In this document: in pieces, positions 18,455 to 27,860 of the stretch
Layout of the letters: each line of letters starts with the position of its first letter
Position numbering within the stretch: the first letter of the stretch is position 1
Assembly (NCBI GenBank): GCA_045803545.1
Contig: JBJMOW010000004.1
Span: 1,120,001-1,184,000, forward strand
Direction: 5' to 3'
DNA length: 64,000 nucleotides
DNA from: Gemmatimonadaceae bacterium
GTDB taxonomy: Bacteria > Gemmatimonadota > Gemmatimonadetes > Gemmatimonadales > Gemmatimonadaceae
The notes under the pieces: generated by a model
Seen by the model: the letters and a program-made list of their open reading frames with translations, nothing else
Databases searched by the model: none
What the model was told of the DNA's origin: nothing
Made by a program: the position numbers and the translations under genes

Positions 18455-19491
18455 GGCTTGGGTGATTTCCCGCCGTCCACCGTATTGGTGTGGCGATAAT
18501 TCATCATCACTGCCGTGCCAAATGCCGTCAGCTCTATCAGCGTCGAAGCTTCGAGTCCGCCAAGCTGCAGGTTGAGCTGCCGAGCACGATCGACCAGGAA
18601 ATCGACAAATTGGCGAACGACCGACGCGGTCTCGCCCGTCCAATAGGAAATGCGTGCGACGATCTCGCGGCGATGGTGCGCAATGAAATCCGACGCTGCC
18701 GCTGCGCTCGGCGCCTGATCACGCGATACGAAGATTGTCCTGAGATCACCGTCGAAGATGCGCGGATCCCGAATCGGAATCGACTCTTCGTCCTCGTAAT
18801 GCTCGGCGACCGTGTACCGCATGGCAGTCACCGGCAGATCGGCTTCCGAGGGCTCCGGCACCGCCGGCACCTGGTGCGCGATCTCCTTCATCACGCTGTC
18901 GACGTACTCGATTTTGCGCAGCGCCCCCCAACCATCATATGACTCGCGCCAATCGAAGTCAGGCGTCAGCCAGACAGCAAAGGTCTCGGCGAAGTCTTCA
19001 TCGGGGTGTTTTTGCGCGTACCAGCCGAGGATGTGTCGAACGTAGTCGTGCGAAAAAGGGTCGGCGCGATAACGCTCGCGATAAGGACGGGAATACGGTC
19101 CAAAAATCTTTCGCCAGTCTGGACGGTCGTACAGACGATACGCGTAATTGAATGCGTGCCCCGCCTCGTGCCGCAGGTATCGCATTGATTCCTCTTCGCT
19201 CTCCACAGCGGCCGAGTAGTCCGCTTCGATCCGGGAAAGTCGCGGATCCGCCAGGTAAAACGGGACGCCGATCAATGGCGTCCCGTCCGGGCATCCCCAC
19301 TGATCACTAAGATAGACCGGCGGGCGAAAGTCTAGTCCCTTGGCGGTGAGCTCGTCGTACAGCTGATTGACCAGCTTTTCGAGCAGCGTGCCGCGTATCT
19401 CGAGACCAATGTCCGAGATGCGCTGGGACAGCAGCGCATGCCGTTCGCCTTCCCAGCCTGGGGCCTGTTCCACGCGGTTCAAGGGGGGCAA
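18451..19491 (-). CDS. Putative zinc-binding metallopeptidase (Peptidase_Mx-like zincin)
   Basis: LRHEAGH (HExxH) and YAQKHPDEDFAETFAVWL; start uncertain (TTG 19491 or GTG 19473). Confidence 0.8.
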   Translation of the reverse strand: MPPLNRVEQAPGWEGERHALLSQRISDIGLEIRGTLLEKLVNQLYDELTAKGLDFRPPVYLSDQWGCPDGTPLIGVPFYLADPRLSRIEADYSAAVESEEESMRYLRHEAGHAFNYAYRLYDRPDWRKIFGPYSRPYRERYRADPFSHDYVRHILGWYAQKHPDEDFAETFAVWLTPDFDWRESYDGWGALRKIEYVDSVMKEIAHQVPAVPEPSEADLPVTAMRYTVAEHYEDEESIPIRDPRIFDGDLRTIFVSRDQAPSAAAASDFIAHHRREIVARISYWTGETASVVRQFVDFLVDRARQLNLQLGGLEASTLIELTAFGTAVMMNYRHTNTVDGGKSPKP

Positions 19492-19514
19492 GCAGCGTAC
19501 CGGGTTTGCTAACG

Positions 19515-19544
19515 AAAAGCCCCGCGACTCGTCGCGGGGCTCTT
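19515..19544 (-). terminator. Stem-loop/terminator between the small peptide and the peptidase
   Basis: Minus strand reads AGCCCCGCGAC-GA-GTCGCGGGGCT followed by TTT. Confidence 0.75.
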
Positions 19545-19565
19545 ATAACCGACAATCCAGCCAGC

Positions 19566-19718
19566 TCAGGCAGCGCGAGTTTCCGATTCCTCTGCGTTCT
19601 CTGGCGCAGGTGCCCAGATATACGCCGCGAATACCGGTGTCGGCTCCGTCTTGTCGCCGCGCGAGATGACGATGCCCATTGGCTCGGATGAATTCGTGTC
19701 CTTACGATCCTTCTTCAT
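19566..19718 (-). CDS. Small hypothetical peptide, 50 aa
   Basis: ATG 19718 with a GAGAG RBS; MKKDRKDTNSSEPMGIVISRGDKTEPTPVFAAYIWAPAPENAEESETRAA; flanked by a sigma54-type promoter and a stem-loop. Confidence 0.7.
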   Translation of the reverse strand: MKKDRKDTNSSEPMGIVISRGDKTEPTPVFAAYIWAPAPENAEESETRAA

Positions 19719-19767
19719 AAATCTCTCACTTGATAGGTGCCACACCCGTGGCTCGGAGCCACTGATA

Positions 19768-19784
19768 GGCACCCGATGTGCCAA
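19768..19784 (-). promoter_or_regulatory. Sigma54-type (-24/-12) promoter
   Basis: TTGGCAC-ATCGG-GTGC (GG-N10-GC), about 50 nt upstream of ATG 19718. Confidence 0.6.
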
Positions 19785-19912
19785 GTGGGACGCCATTTCC
19801 AAGTGATTGTTAATGAAGAACTTACGCAGCGCCGACGCGACGCCTGAGCTTCTCATCGTTGCAAACTGACACACGCCTTCGGGACACTTGTGTCTAGATG
19901 ACACGCAGCCGA

Positions 19913-20683
19913 TCAGCTGGCGACTTTGCGGGCGAGGAAAGTTTTGGACGAGGCCGAATCGTCCTCGACGGAAATCGACCAGCCCTTGTACTGCTTCTTC
20001 AGCTCGGTCACCGAAAGGCCCTTTCCGCGCACGATCGTACCGACGAGATGAACTCCGCCATCGCGGGTTGCGCCCTGCAGTAGCTCGAACGCGCGGCTTC
20101 GCTCGTTGACGGAAAGTCCGTTGAATGCGTCGGGCGTACATACGACCGCGCCAAGCTGTACGTCGGGCGACCAATCGGTAATGCCGGCGACGTAGCTCTG
20201 GATCCGATCGGCGAGGCCTGCCTCCTGTGCGACATTCATTACACGCTCGAGCGGAGCCACTTCACGATCGACCGCCGTCACCTCGCAGCCGTGCGCCGCC
20301 AGGTAAAGCGCTGTCCGATCCATGTCGCCACCGGCAACGAGAACTTTCGATTCAGCCGGTGGGTGCACCTCGCGCGCGAGAACGCCGTCCGGTCGAATGC
20401 CCCAATGCTCAGGCCGTCGATACTCTTCGAGCATCTTGAGGCGCTTCCTCCGCCAGGTCGCATAGGAAGGGATGCGCAGCCGCTTGCGGATTATCCGATC
20501 TACTTCCGCCCAGAGGAGCAGCTCGTCCATCAGCAACTGCTCGCTGGCTCTAAGGGATGCGGCTGCTTCATCGCCAATCTTGAGAAGGGCGGAGCGGGAA
20601 ACCGAGTCCTTGTAGTTCTCGATCTCGTCCTCTACAAACAGCTCGTATTCGTGTTTGAGAGAGCGAGGATTTTGTTGCGGCAT
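19913..20683 (-). CDS. Class I SAM-dependent methyltransferase-like protein with helical N-terminal extension
   Basis: 'ALYLAAHGCEVTAVD' and 'ATRDGGVHLV' are TehB-like; motif I is degenerate (VAGGDMD). Confidence 0.65.
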   Translation of the reverse strand: MPQQNPRSLKHEYELFVEDEIENYKDSVSRSALLKIGDEAAASLRASEQLLMDELLLWAEVDRIIRKRLRIPSYATWRRKRLKMLEEYRRPEHWGIRPDGVLAREVHPPAESKVLVAGGDMDRTALYLAAHGCEVTAVDREVAPLERVMNVAQEAGLADRIQSYVAGITDWSPDVQLGAVVCTPDAFNGLSVNERSRAFELLQGATRDGGVHLVGTIVRGKGLSVTELKKQYKGWSISVEDDSASSKTFLARKVAS

Positions 20684-20827
20684 GGCGTTGGGCAGAAGGA
20701 ACGTGCTCTAGCCAGGTGTTTAAAGTAGCCGTCCTTGGTGATCGCGCAAGAGCAACTTTGTGCTAGCTCTACTGGGCAGATGTCCGCTAAGCTCAACAAA
20801 CAACAACGGTTCCGCTTGCGACATCAT

Positions 20828-21409
20828 CTAAGGTGAGAGTGCAACCAGGCCCGATCTGAGTGCGTATCGCACCAAACTCACGACGTCGTGCATCCCAAGC
20901 CGCTTCATCAATTCGCCTCGGTGGCTCTCCACTGTCTTGATGCTGAGGCTAAGCTTGTCGGCGATTTCGCGGGTGCGATGGCCCTCCGCTACCAGTCGAA
21001 GCACCTCGACTTGCCGAGCAGTGAGTTTGCCGAGAGGTTGGCGTCGCTCGATTGCAGTGGAAATGGCCGCCGGAAGCCGCTGCAAGTTCTTCTTGATCAC
21101 GATGTCTTCAGCACCGTTGCGCAAACACGCGACGGCAGAAACACCGTTGATCGACTCGGTCACCACGATCAGCGGAGTGGCGGGACTTTGATACCGCAGT
21201 ATGTCGAGCGCGTCGCCGGCTCCGAATGACGAGCCGTTGTAGTCGGACAACACCGCGTCCGGCTGCAGTTCTTCCAGCAGTATCTTGAAAGCTTCAGGTG
21301 AGGCTGCACTCCGCTTTTCGACTGTTACACCAGCTGCCGACAGCTGCTGCTCGATCAGATCGACATCGGCCTTATTGTCGTTCAGGACGAGAACACGTGA
21401 AGGATTCAT
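20828..21409 (-). CDS. Response regulator, NarL/LuxR family
   Basis: Atypical receiver domain (NDN instead of DD) plus the HTH LTARQVEVLRLVAEG..IADKLSLSIKTVESHR. Confidence 0.9.
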   Translation of the reverse strand: MNPSRVLVLNDNKADVDLIEQQLSAAGVTVEKRSAASPEAFKILLEELQPDAVLSDYNGSSFGAGDALDILRYQSPATPLIVVTESINGVSAVACLRNGAEDIVIKKNLQRLPAAISTAIERRQPLGKLTARQVEVLRLVAEGHRTREIADKLSLSIKTVESHRGELMKRLGMHDVVSLVRYALRSGLVALSP

Positions 21410-21542
21410 TGATGGTGGTTAGAGTTCGAGGGCGCCAGATCGGGCGGCGCGGGCTGTGCGAGGCAGCGAGACTTCGAGCTTCAATCTGGCTTTCGGTGGG
21501 TTCACCGGGCTCATTCGCAAAGTAAGTCAGGGTATTTCCCGC

Positions 21543-21558
21543 TGCAATCGCCGGTCCA
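21543..21558 (-). promoter_or_regulatory. Possible sigma54-type promoter
   Basis: TGGACC-GGCGA-TTGCA upstream of the LuxR-type regulator. Confidence 0.45.
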
Positions 21559-21592
21559 TCCATAGATTCCGTCCGTATGAATCGCACGCGCG

Positions 21593-22378
21593 ATGCCTGA
21601 GCTACCCGAAGTCGAGAAAGCGGCACGTGCGTTGGCCAAAGCTGCGGTCGGTAAGACCATCGCTGCCGTGCGGCCGATCCACCCATCCCTGAAAAGAAGA
21701 TTTACGTCAGCCAGCGCTCTCCGCGCTAAAGGAAAGCGCGTCGAGAGCATCGAGCGGCGCGGGAAACATCAGCTGCTCAATCTCGATAGCGGCGACACGA
21801 TCGTGATCCATTTCCGGATGAACGGCGATTGGGAGATTGGAACTGTTGATGATTCGCTCGATCGCTTCGCCCGCGCCGTTATCGAGCTGACTGACGGGAC
21901 GCGGATCTCGCTTGTCGATCGTCGCGCACTTTCCACCATCACTCTCGACCGCGAAGGCATCTCATCGTTGCCAAAGCTGGGGCGCGAAGCGAGCGATCCA
22001 TCGCTTGACGGAGTGTATCTCTCCGGCGCCCTCCAGCGACGCAAGATTGCAATCAAGCCGGCGCTGATGGACCAGGCGGTGCTGGCCGGACTCGGCAACA
22101 TCTACGCAGCCGAAGCGCTCTGGGAAGCGCAAATCGATCCCCGGTCGGGCGCGGCGTCGATGTCAGGCGATACGCTCACCAAACTCGTCGACGCGATCAG
22201 GCTCGTCCTCAGCCCACGCCGTCGCCGCCCCGGCCGTTACACCGAATCGCGCGGTCGCAGTCGCTTCGCCGTCTACGATCGGGAAGGTCAGGAATGTCGT
22301 CGTTGCGGAGGCATCGTTCAAAGGATCGTGCAGGCAGGGAGGTCCACCTACTTCTGCCCGGACTGTCAAACCGGCTAA
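21593..22378 (+). CDS. mutM: Formamidopyrimidine-DNA glycosylase
   Basis: MPELPEVE, RRGK, H.RMNG, GLGNIYA.E and a C-terminal CxxC...CPxCQ zinc finger. Confidence 0.95.
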   Translation: MPELPEVEKAARALAKAAVGKTIAAVRPIHPSLKRRFTSASALRAKGKRVESIERRGKHQLLNLDSGDTIVIHFRMNGDWEIGTVDDSLDRFARAVIELTDGTRISLVDRRALSTITLDREGISSLPKLGREASDPSLDGVYLSGALQRRKIAIKPALMDQAVLAGLGNIYAAEALWEAQIDPRSGAASMSGDTLTKLVDAIRLVLSPRRRRPGRYTESRGRSRFAVYDREGQECRRCGGIVQRIVQAGRSTYFCPDCQTG

Positions 22379-23538
22379 TCCATGACCTCTAGCAGCGCCC
22401 CCTTGATGTAACCGGTCTCCGGAATCGTCAGGATTTCCGGATGATCGAGGGGCTGACCCGTTAGCGCACGAATCGCTACACGGCGGCCGCTGTCAGTGGC
22501 GGCATCCTGGAGCATCTCCAGAAACAGTGGCTTCGTTAGATGAAAACTGCAGCTGGCCGTGTATAGCAGTCCGCCGGGACCGAGCAGCTTGATCGCGCGC
22601 ATGTTCACGTCCTTGTAACCGCGTAGCGCTCCTGTGAGCGCACCTTTCGTCTTCGCGAACGCGGGCGGATCGAGCACAATGGTGTCAAAGGTCACACCCT
22701 GCCGCTCCTTCTCGCGCAGAAAGTCGAACGCATTTGCTTCTACGAAGGAAATGTTGGTGAGCGAATTGCGCGCGGCGTTCTCCGAGGCTCTCATCAGCGC
22801 CGGAGCCGACGAATCGAGCGCAGTGACGTGCGTTGCCTTGCGCGCGAGGTGCAGCGCGAATGATCCGTGGTAACTGAAACAGTCCAGCGCGCGACCACGC
22901 GCAACCGTTCCCACAAAATGGCGGTTCTCCCGCTGATCCAGAAACGCGCCCGTCTTCTGTCCCGTAAACGGCGCGGCGAGAAACTTTATACCGTACTCGT
23001 GAACCTCGATCTCGCGCGGGACTTCCCCGTCGAGCACGACGGTCTCGCGAGGCAGCCCTTCTTTTGCGCGCAGCGCAACGTCGTTGCGCGCGAGAATCCC
23101 CGCCGGCTCGGCGAGCGAGCGCAATGAGTTGAGGATCTCATCCCGAAATCGCTCCAGTCCCGCGCTCATGAATTGCACCACCAGCCACTGGTCGTAGCGA
23201 TCGCAAATGAGCGAGGGCACTCCATCGGCTTCTCCGTGGACCAGTCGCATCGCGTTGGTATGATCCTCGAGGGGGACGCGACGCGCGATCGCCGCGGCGA
23301 TTTGCTCGTCCCACCATGCCTGGTCGATCACGGCGTCGGGATTGTGGTCCAGCATCCTCAGCGAGATCTCCGACAGCGGGCTCCATAGCGCCCAGCCAAG
23401 GGGCTTGCCGCGGTTGTCGTGAACGAGCACCGCCCCGGCATCCACCAGTGGGCGCTCTGTCACATCGCTGCGATAGATCCAGGGATGGCCGGCCTGCCAC
23501 CGCCGCGCCCCCTTGGCGCTCACTCGCGCAACAGTCAT
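22375..23538 (-). CDS. rlmI: 23S rRNA m5C1962 methyltransferase (RlmI family)
   Basis: GHPWIY PUA domain; GQKTGAFLDQRENR, LDCFSYHGSF, LDPPAF and SCS motifs. Confidence 0.9.
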   Translation of the reverse strand: MTVARVSAKGARRWQAGHPWIYRSDVTERPLVDAGAVLVHDNRGKPLGWALWSPLSEISLRMLDHNPDAVIDQAWWDEQIAAAIARRVPLEDHTNAMRLVHGEADGVPSLICDRYDQWLVVQFMSAGLERFRDEILNSLRSLAEPAGILARNDVALRAKEGLPRETVVLDGEVPREIEVHEYGIKFLAAPFTGQKTGAFLDQRENRHFVGTVARGRALDCFSYHGSFALHLARKATHVTALDSSAPALMRASENAARNSLTNISFVEANAFDFLREKERQGVTFDTIVLDPPAFAKTKGALTGALRGYKDVNMRAIKLLGPGGLLYTASCSFHLTKPLFLEMLQDAATDSGRRVAIRALTGQPLDHPEILTIPETGYIKGALLEVMD

Positions 23539-23604
23539 GTGTCAATTTATCAAACGAGGTGCGCGTCGTTTTGTGGCCGTACACTTCTTGCGAAAGGTCT
23601 ACCC

Positions 23605-24396
23605 ATGCGCGAGATCGTACCGCTTTCAGTAACCGTCGCCGCCGGCGGACTTCTCTACCGCGAGCACACCGCGCGAACCAAAGCCGAGCGACTCGCCGCG
23701 GCGACGATGGAGACGCTGCTGAATGCAATCGATGCCAACGACGAAGAGACGGGCAAGCACGTGCGCCGAGTCGCGTCTTACGCGTTGATTCTGGCCGATG
23801 CCGCCGGGCTCGACGGGCACACGTTGCGCACCATTGAGCGCGTCGCATTGTTTCACGACATCGGGAAGCTCCACGGAGCTCTGACGGACATCTTCCACGA
23901 GGCAGCCAAGCTCACGCCGGAGGAGCGGCGAGCGGTGAAAACCCATCCGCAGCGCGGCGCAGAAGTTCTCGATCCTCTTAGCGCGTTTTATCCCGATCTG
24001 GGGGCCGGCGTCGCCGCGCACCATGAACGTTGGGACGGGAAAGGCTATCCGCGCTGTCTCAAGGGAAAGCGGATTCCGCTACAGGCACGCATCGTTACGA
24101 TTGCAGACAGCTTCGACGCGATCACACATCGTCGGCGCTATAGCGCTGCGAGAAGCCTCGGTGAGGCAATAAAGGCGATTCGCGAAGGACGCGGAACGCA
24201 GTTCGAGCCCGCTCTCGTCGATCTGTTTCTGAGCAAGCCGGTAATTGCCAGGATCGAGAAGGCAATGCGTCGGGCTCACGCTCCACGACGCGTAGCTGAG
24301 AAGCGCCGTCATGGGGAAAGGGAATCAGTTCCCGATGTTACGTTTCGATGGCGGACGCGATCTCGCGGGTCGCCTGCACCGGATCCTCAGCGCTGA
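23605..24396 (+). CDS. HD-GYP domain phosphodiesterase
   Basis: H..RVA, HDIGK, HHERWDGKGYP, ADSFDA and GTQFEP motifs; ATG 23605 chosen to avoid overlap with rlmI. Confidence 0.9.
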   Translation: MREIVPLSVTVAAGGLLYREHTARTKAERLAAATMETLLNAIDANDEETGKHVRRVASYALILADAAGLDGHTLRTIERVALFHDIGKLHGALTDIFHEAAKLTPEERRAVKTHPQRGAEVLDPLSAFYPDLGAGVAAHHERWDGKGYPRCLKGKRIPLQARIVTIADSFDAITHRRRYSAARSLGEAIKAIREGRGTQFEPALVDLFLSKPVIARIEKAMRRAHAPRRVAEKRRHGERESVPDVTFRWRTRSRGSPAPDPQR

Positions 24397-24952
24397 ATAT
24401 CGCGTTTATGACAGCTACGCCCGTAGCTCCGTGCATCACGATCTGCATCGCGCGGTCCGCGGTGATGCCACCGACGGCAACTGCCGGGTGATCGACCAGT
24501 CCCTTAAGCCGCTCGAACCCGCTCACTCCAATTGCAGTCCCGGCATCGCCTTTCGAGTCTGAGCCGAATACGGGCCCGATGCCCACGTAGTCCGCGTTCT
24601 TCGCGTTCGGTATCTCCGCATCGCTCCCGAGCGACGCGCCGATGATGAAGCCGGCTGGAGCGAACCTTCGAATTGCCTCCACCGGCAGGTCCGCTTCGCC
24701 GACGTGTACTCCAGCAGCGCCTGCGGCGAGCGCAATGTCCGCCCGATCGTTGACGATCACCGGCACGTTCACTTTCAGGATGATCTTCCGCGTGATCTCG
24801 ACGACTTCTCGCGGCGAAGCGGCTTTGAGTCGCACCTGTACGCTCGTCGCTCCGCCTTGCACAGCGGCAGCCACACGATCGACCAGCGTCGCGCGGCGAT
24901 CCTCGGCGTCGTCGGTGATTGCGACGAGACGCAGGATGCGCGGATCAAGCAT
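24338..24952 (-). CDS. thiE: Thiamine-phosphate synthase
   Basis: VQVRLK, IVNDRADIA, GVHVGEAD, DYVGIGPVF and AVGGI motifs. Confidence 0.93.
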   Translation of the reverse strand: MLDPRILRLVAITDDAEDRRATLVDRVAAAVQGGATSVQVRLKAASPREVVEITRKIILKVNVPVIVNDRADIALAAGAAGVHVGEADLPVEAIRRFAPAGFIIGASLGSDAEIPNAKNADYVGIGPVFGSDSKGDAGTAIGVSGFERLKGLVDHPAVAVGGITADRAMQIVMHGATGVAVINAIFSAEDPVQATREIASAIET

Positions 24953-24957
24953 TTCGA

Positions 24958-26184
24958 TTATCGACTGGAAGTAGTTCCGCTAACGGTTTTCTTGGTCGAT
25001 GTGCCAGTCGACTTCCTGATCGTCGATTTCGCAGGAGTCTTGGTCGACTTGGACGTTGTGACGGTTCGCTTCGCAGCGCTTGCTGTTTTGGTCGACTTGG
25101 TTGGCGCAGTCGTCCTGCCCGCCGTTCGCAACGTTGTCTTCGTCGACGTTGCGCGCGTGGCCGGCGCCCTCGGCGCTGGATCCGCCATCGCCAGCATTCG
25201 CGGCGGTATCCGCCTCGGCATTGCTGCGCGAACCTGGCGCACAGCGTTGGCGTGCTGCTCGAGCGTCATGCGGAACTCGTGGTGCCCATCCGTGCTCGCG
25301 ACGAAATACAGATACTGAACGTTCGCCGGGCTGGCGGCCGCGGCGAGACTCGCAACTCCGGGCGATGCGATCGGTCCGGGAGGCAAGCCCTTGTTCACGT
25401 AGGTGTTGTACGGGGATTTGATAGCGAGATCCTTGTAGAGTACGCGGCCGACGTGATGGCCCAGCGCGTACTGCACGGTTGGATCAGCTTGCAGCAACAT
25501 TCCCTTTCGCAGTCGGTTGTAATAGACGGCGGCAATCACCGGCCGTTCCTCGGGCAACCGCGCTTCCTTCTCCACGATCGACGCCATAGTTACGAGGTCG
25601 TTGCGATTGATCTTCATCGCCAGTGCAGCTGAATCCCACGATGGCTTCCAACGCCGCTCAAACGAATAGACCATCTCACGAACGGCCTGTCGAGCGGTGG
25701 TGCCGAGCGGGAACGCATAGGTATCGGGGAACAGGTAACCCTCAAGCGTCGGATTCGGCACATCGAGTCGTGCGAGCAGCGCAGTGTCACGAACCGCTGC
25801 TGCTACCGAATCCGCTGGAACCTTGAGTGTCCTGGCCAATGCTGGCGTGATCTGAGCTATCGACCAGCCCTCGGGAATGGTGACGGTGTTGACCAGGCCA
25901 TGCCCGCCGTTCAGTGCGTCGACGATGGAATTCCACGGCGTACCGTGTTTAAGCAGGTACGTACCAGGTTTGATGTTCCTGTCGCCGCCGACGACACGCC
26001 CATAGAGCGTGAACAACTTCGCCGAGCCAATGACACCGTCGTGCGATAGCGATTCCGCAGCCTGACCGAAGCTGGCCCCGCGGGGGATGATTACGCGGAC
26101 CGGTGCGCCGTGGGGCTCGCCTGCACACGCAGCGATAAATACGCACGCCGCAACGAGTGCGGTGCGCATATCACGTCGACGCAT
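24958..26184 (-). CDS. mltG: Endolytic transglycosylase MltG with Lys/Thr/Ser-rich C-terminal tail
   Basis: TIPEG, LEGYLFPDTY, ASIVEKE, LQADPTV and SPYNTY..GLPPGPI motifs; lipobox-like IAAC; start at 26184 or 26169. Confidence 0.93.
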   Translation of the reverse strand: MRRRDMRTALVAACVFIAACAGEPHGAPVRVIIPRGASFGQAAESLSHDGVIGSAKLFTLYGRVVGGDRNIKPGTYLLKHGTPWNSIVDALNGGHGLVNTVTIPEGWSIAQITPALARTLKVPADSVAAAVRDTALLARLDVPNPTLEGYLFPDTYAFPLGTTARQAVREMVYSFERRWKPSWDSAALAMKINRNDLVTMASIVEKEARLPEERPVIAAVYYNRLRKGMLLQADPTVQYALGHHVGRVLYKDLAIKSPYNTYVNKGLPPGPIASPGVASLAAAASPANVQYLYFVASTDGHHEFRMTLEQHANAVRQVRAAMPRRIPPRMLAMADPAPRAPATRATSTKTTLRTAGRTTAPTKSTKTASAAKRTVTTSKSTKTPAKSTIRKSTGTSTKKTVSGTTSSR

Positions 26185-26599
26185 TGAGTGCGTGTTGTAG
26201 CAGAATCGCCGCTGCAAGGGCATCTACATCACCTTTCCTGCCGCGCGTGGATTGCTCCATTTCTTTGATCGTGCGTAGCGCGGCTGCCGTGGTAAACCGT
26301 TCATCATAGAAACGAACTGGCATGCCCGTACGTTTCGCGATTTCAGCGCCAATTTGGCGTACTTCTGCCGTCCAATCGGTCTCGTTGCCCTCTCCGTCGA
26401 GCGGAAGCCCGAATAAATAGCCCTGAGCCTCGAGCTCGGTAGCGCGCGCGATGATTTTTGTGATCGGGGGTCGTTTGCCTTCACGACGCTCGATGAAGCC
26501 CGCCGGCGAGGCAATTATGCCGAGCGGATCGCTGATCGCGAGGCCGATCCTTTTGCGACCGTAATCGATGGCGAGAGTCCGACCAAGCGCTTCGTTCAC
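26171..26599 (-). CDS. ruvX: YqgF/RuvX family nuclease
   Basis: LAIDYGRKRIGLAISD, GLP, DERFTT and DALAAAILLQ motifs. Confidence 0.93.
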   Translation of the reverse strand: MNEALGRTLAIDYGRKRIGLAISDPLGIIASPAGFIERREGKRPPITKIIARATELEAQGYLFGLPLDGEGNETDWTAEVRQIGAEIAKRTGMPVRFYDERFTTAAALRTIKEMEQSTRGRKGDVDALAAAILLQHALNAST

Positions 26600-26606
26600 G
26601 CTGTCG

Positions 26607-27860
26607 CTAACCCTGAGCCATCTGCGTGAAGAATTCCTTGTTGTTCTTCGACTTCGCCATCTGTCGCAATAGGAATTCGATCGCCTCCGCCTCGGGCCTG
26701 TCGGCCAGGAATTGCCGCAGCAGAATTACTCGATTCATCTCGGGCTGGGTGAGAAGCAGTTCTTCTTTACGTGTACCGGAGCGGAAGATGTCTATCGCCG
26801 GATAAATGCGACGATCAGCAATCTTGCGATCAAGCACCAGTTCCATGTTGCCGGTGCCCTTGAACTCCTCGAAGATCACGTCGTCCATTCGCGAGCCCGT
26901 CTCGGTCAGGGCGGTCGCGATGATGGTGAGCGAGCCGCCGCCGTCGATATTGCGTGCCGACCCGAAGAATCGCTTCGGCTTGTGCAAAGCAGTGGCATCG
27001 ACGCCGCCAGACAGAATCTTGCCCGACTGTGGCGCGACGGTGTTGTGCGCGCGAGCGAACCGTGTCAGCGAATCGAGCAAGATCACGACGTCCTTGCCGC
27101 TTTCGACAAGGCGTTTCGCCTTCTCGAGTACCATGTCCGCGACCTGGACATGTCGCGGCGCGCCTTCGTCGAATGTCGAGCTGATGACCTCAGCGCGAAT
27201 CGTGCTGGCAATCATCTCTGTCACTTCTTCCGGCCGTTCGTCGATCAGCAGCACGATGATCGTGACTTCGGGATGATTTTCGGCGATCGCGTTGGCGATT
27301 TTGTGCAGCAGAATCGTCTTGCCCGCGCGTGGCGGCGACACGATCAAGCCGCGCTGGCCCTTGCCGATCGGCGACATGATATCGAAGACCCGCATGCTGA
27401 GATCCCCGTCCTTTGTCTCGAGCCGCAGGCGCTCATCGGGGTATTGCGGGCGCAGATTGTCGAAAGGTATCCTGTCTTTGGCTTTCTCCGGATCCTCGGC
27501 GTTGACACTCTCGACCTTGAGCAGCGCGAGGTACCGCTCCCACGGTTTCGGCGGTCTGACCTGTCCGCGCACCTCGTCACCCGTTCTCAAACCGAAACGC
27601 TTGATCTGCGACGGTGACACGTAAATGTCGTCCGGACCGGGCAGGTAGCTCCAGTCCTGACTGCGAAGGAAGCCGTATCCCTCGGGCAAAATCTCCAGCA
27701 CGCCATCACCGTGCAGCATGATGTCGGTGTCGAGGAGATTCTGTTCGATCTGGAAAATCAGATCCTGTTTTCGGAGACCGGCCGAGCCGTCGATCTTGAG
27801 ACCGTCGGCCATCTCCTGAAGCTCAGAGACTGATTTCCGCTTTAGCTCGGCGATGTCCAC
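26607..27860 (-). CDS. rho: Transcription termination factor Rho
   Basis: [30 protein letters not shown] and FKGTGNME motifs; GTG start at 27860. Confidence 0.97.
   Translation of the reverse strand: MDIAELKRKSVSELQEMADGLKIDGSAGLRKQDLIFQIEQNLLDTDIMLHGDGVLEILPEGYGFLRSQDWSYLPGPDDIYVSPSQIKRFGLRTGDEVRGQVRPPKPWERYLALLKVESVNAEDPEKAKDRIPFDNLRPQYPDERLRLETKDGDLSMRVFDIMSPIGKGQRGLIVSPPRAGKTILLHKIANAIAENHPEVTIIVLLIDERPEEVTEMIASTIRAEVISSTFDEGAPRHVQVADMVLEKAKRLVESGKDVVILLDSLTRFARAHNTVAPQSGKILSGGVDATALHKPKRFFGSARNIDGGGSLTIIATALTETGSRMDDVIFEEFKGTGNMELVLDRKIADRRIYPAIDIFRSGTRKEELLLTQPEMNRVILLRQFLADRPEAEAIEFLLRQMAKSKNNKEFFTQMAQG

Noticed and set aside
17471..18643. 390-aa version of the ligase, and calling it housekeeping ddl
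   Set aside because: The extension overlaps the peptidase by about 190 bp, and GTG 18454 gives a clean coupled start. It lacks the Ddl N-terminal motif and the dcw context.
19566..20174. 202-aa minus-strand ORF
   Set aside because: The upstream part overlaps the methyltransferase gene and the promoter; only the last 50 codons have an RBS and promoter.
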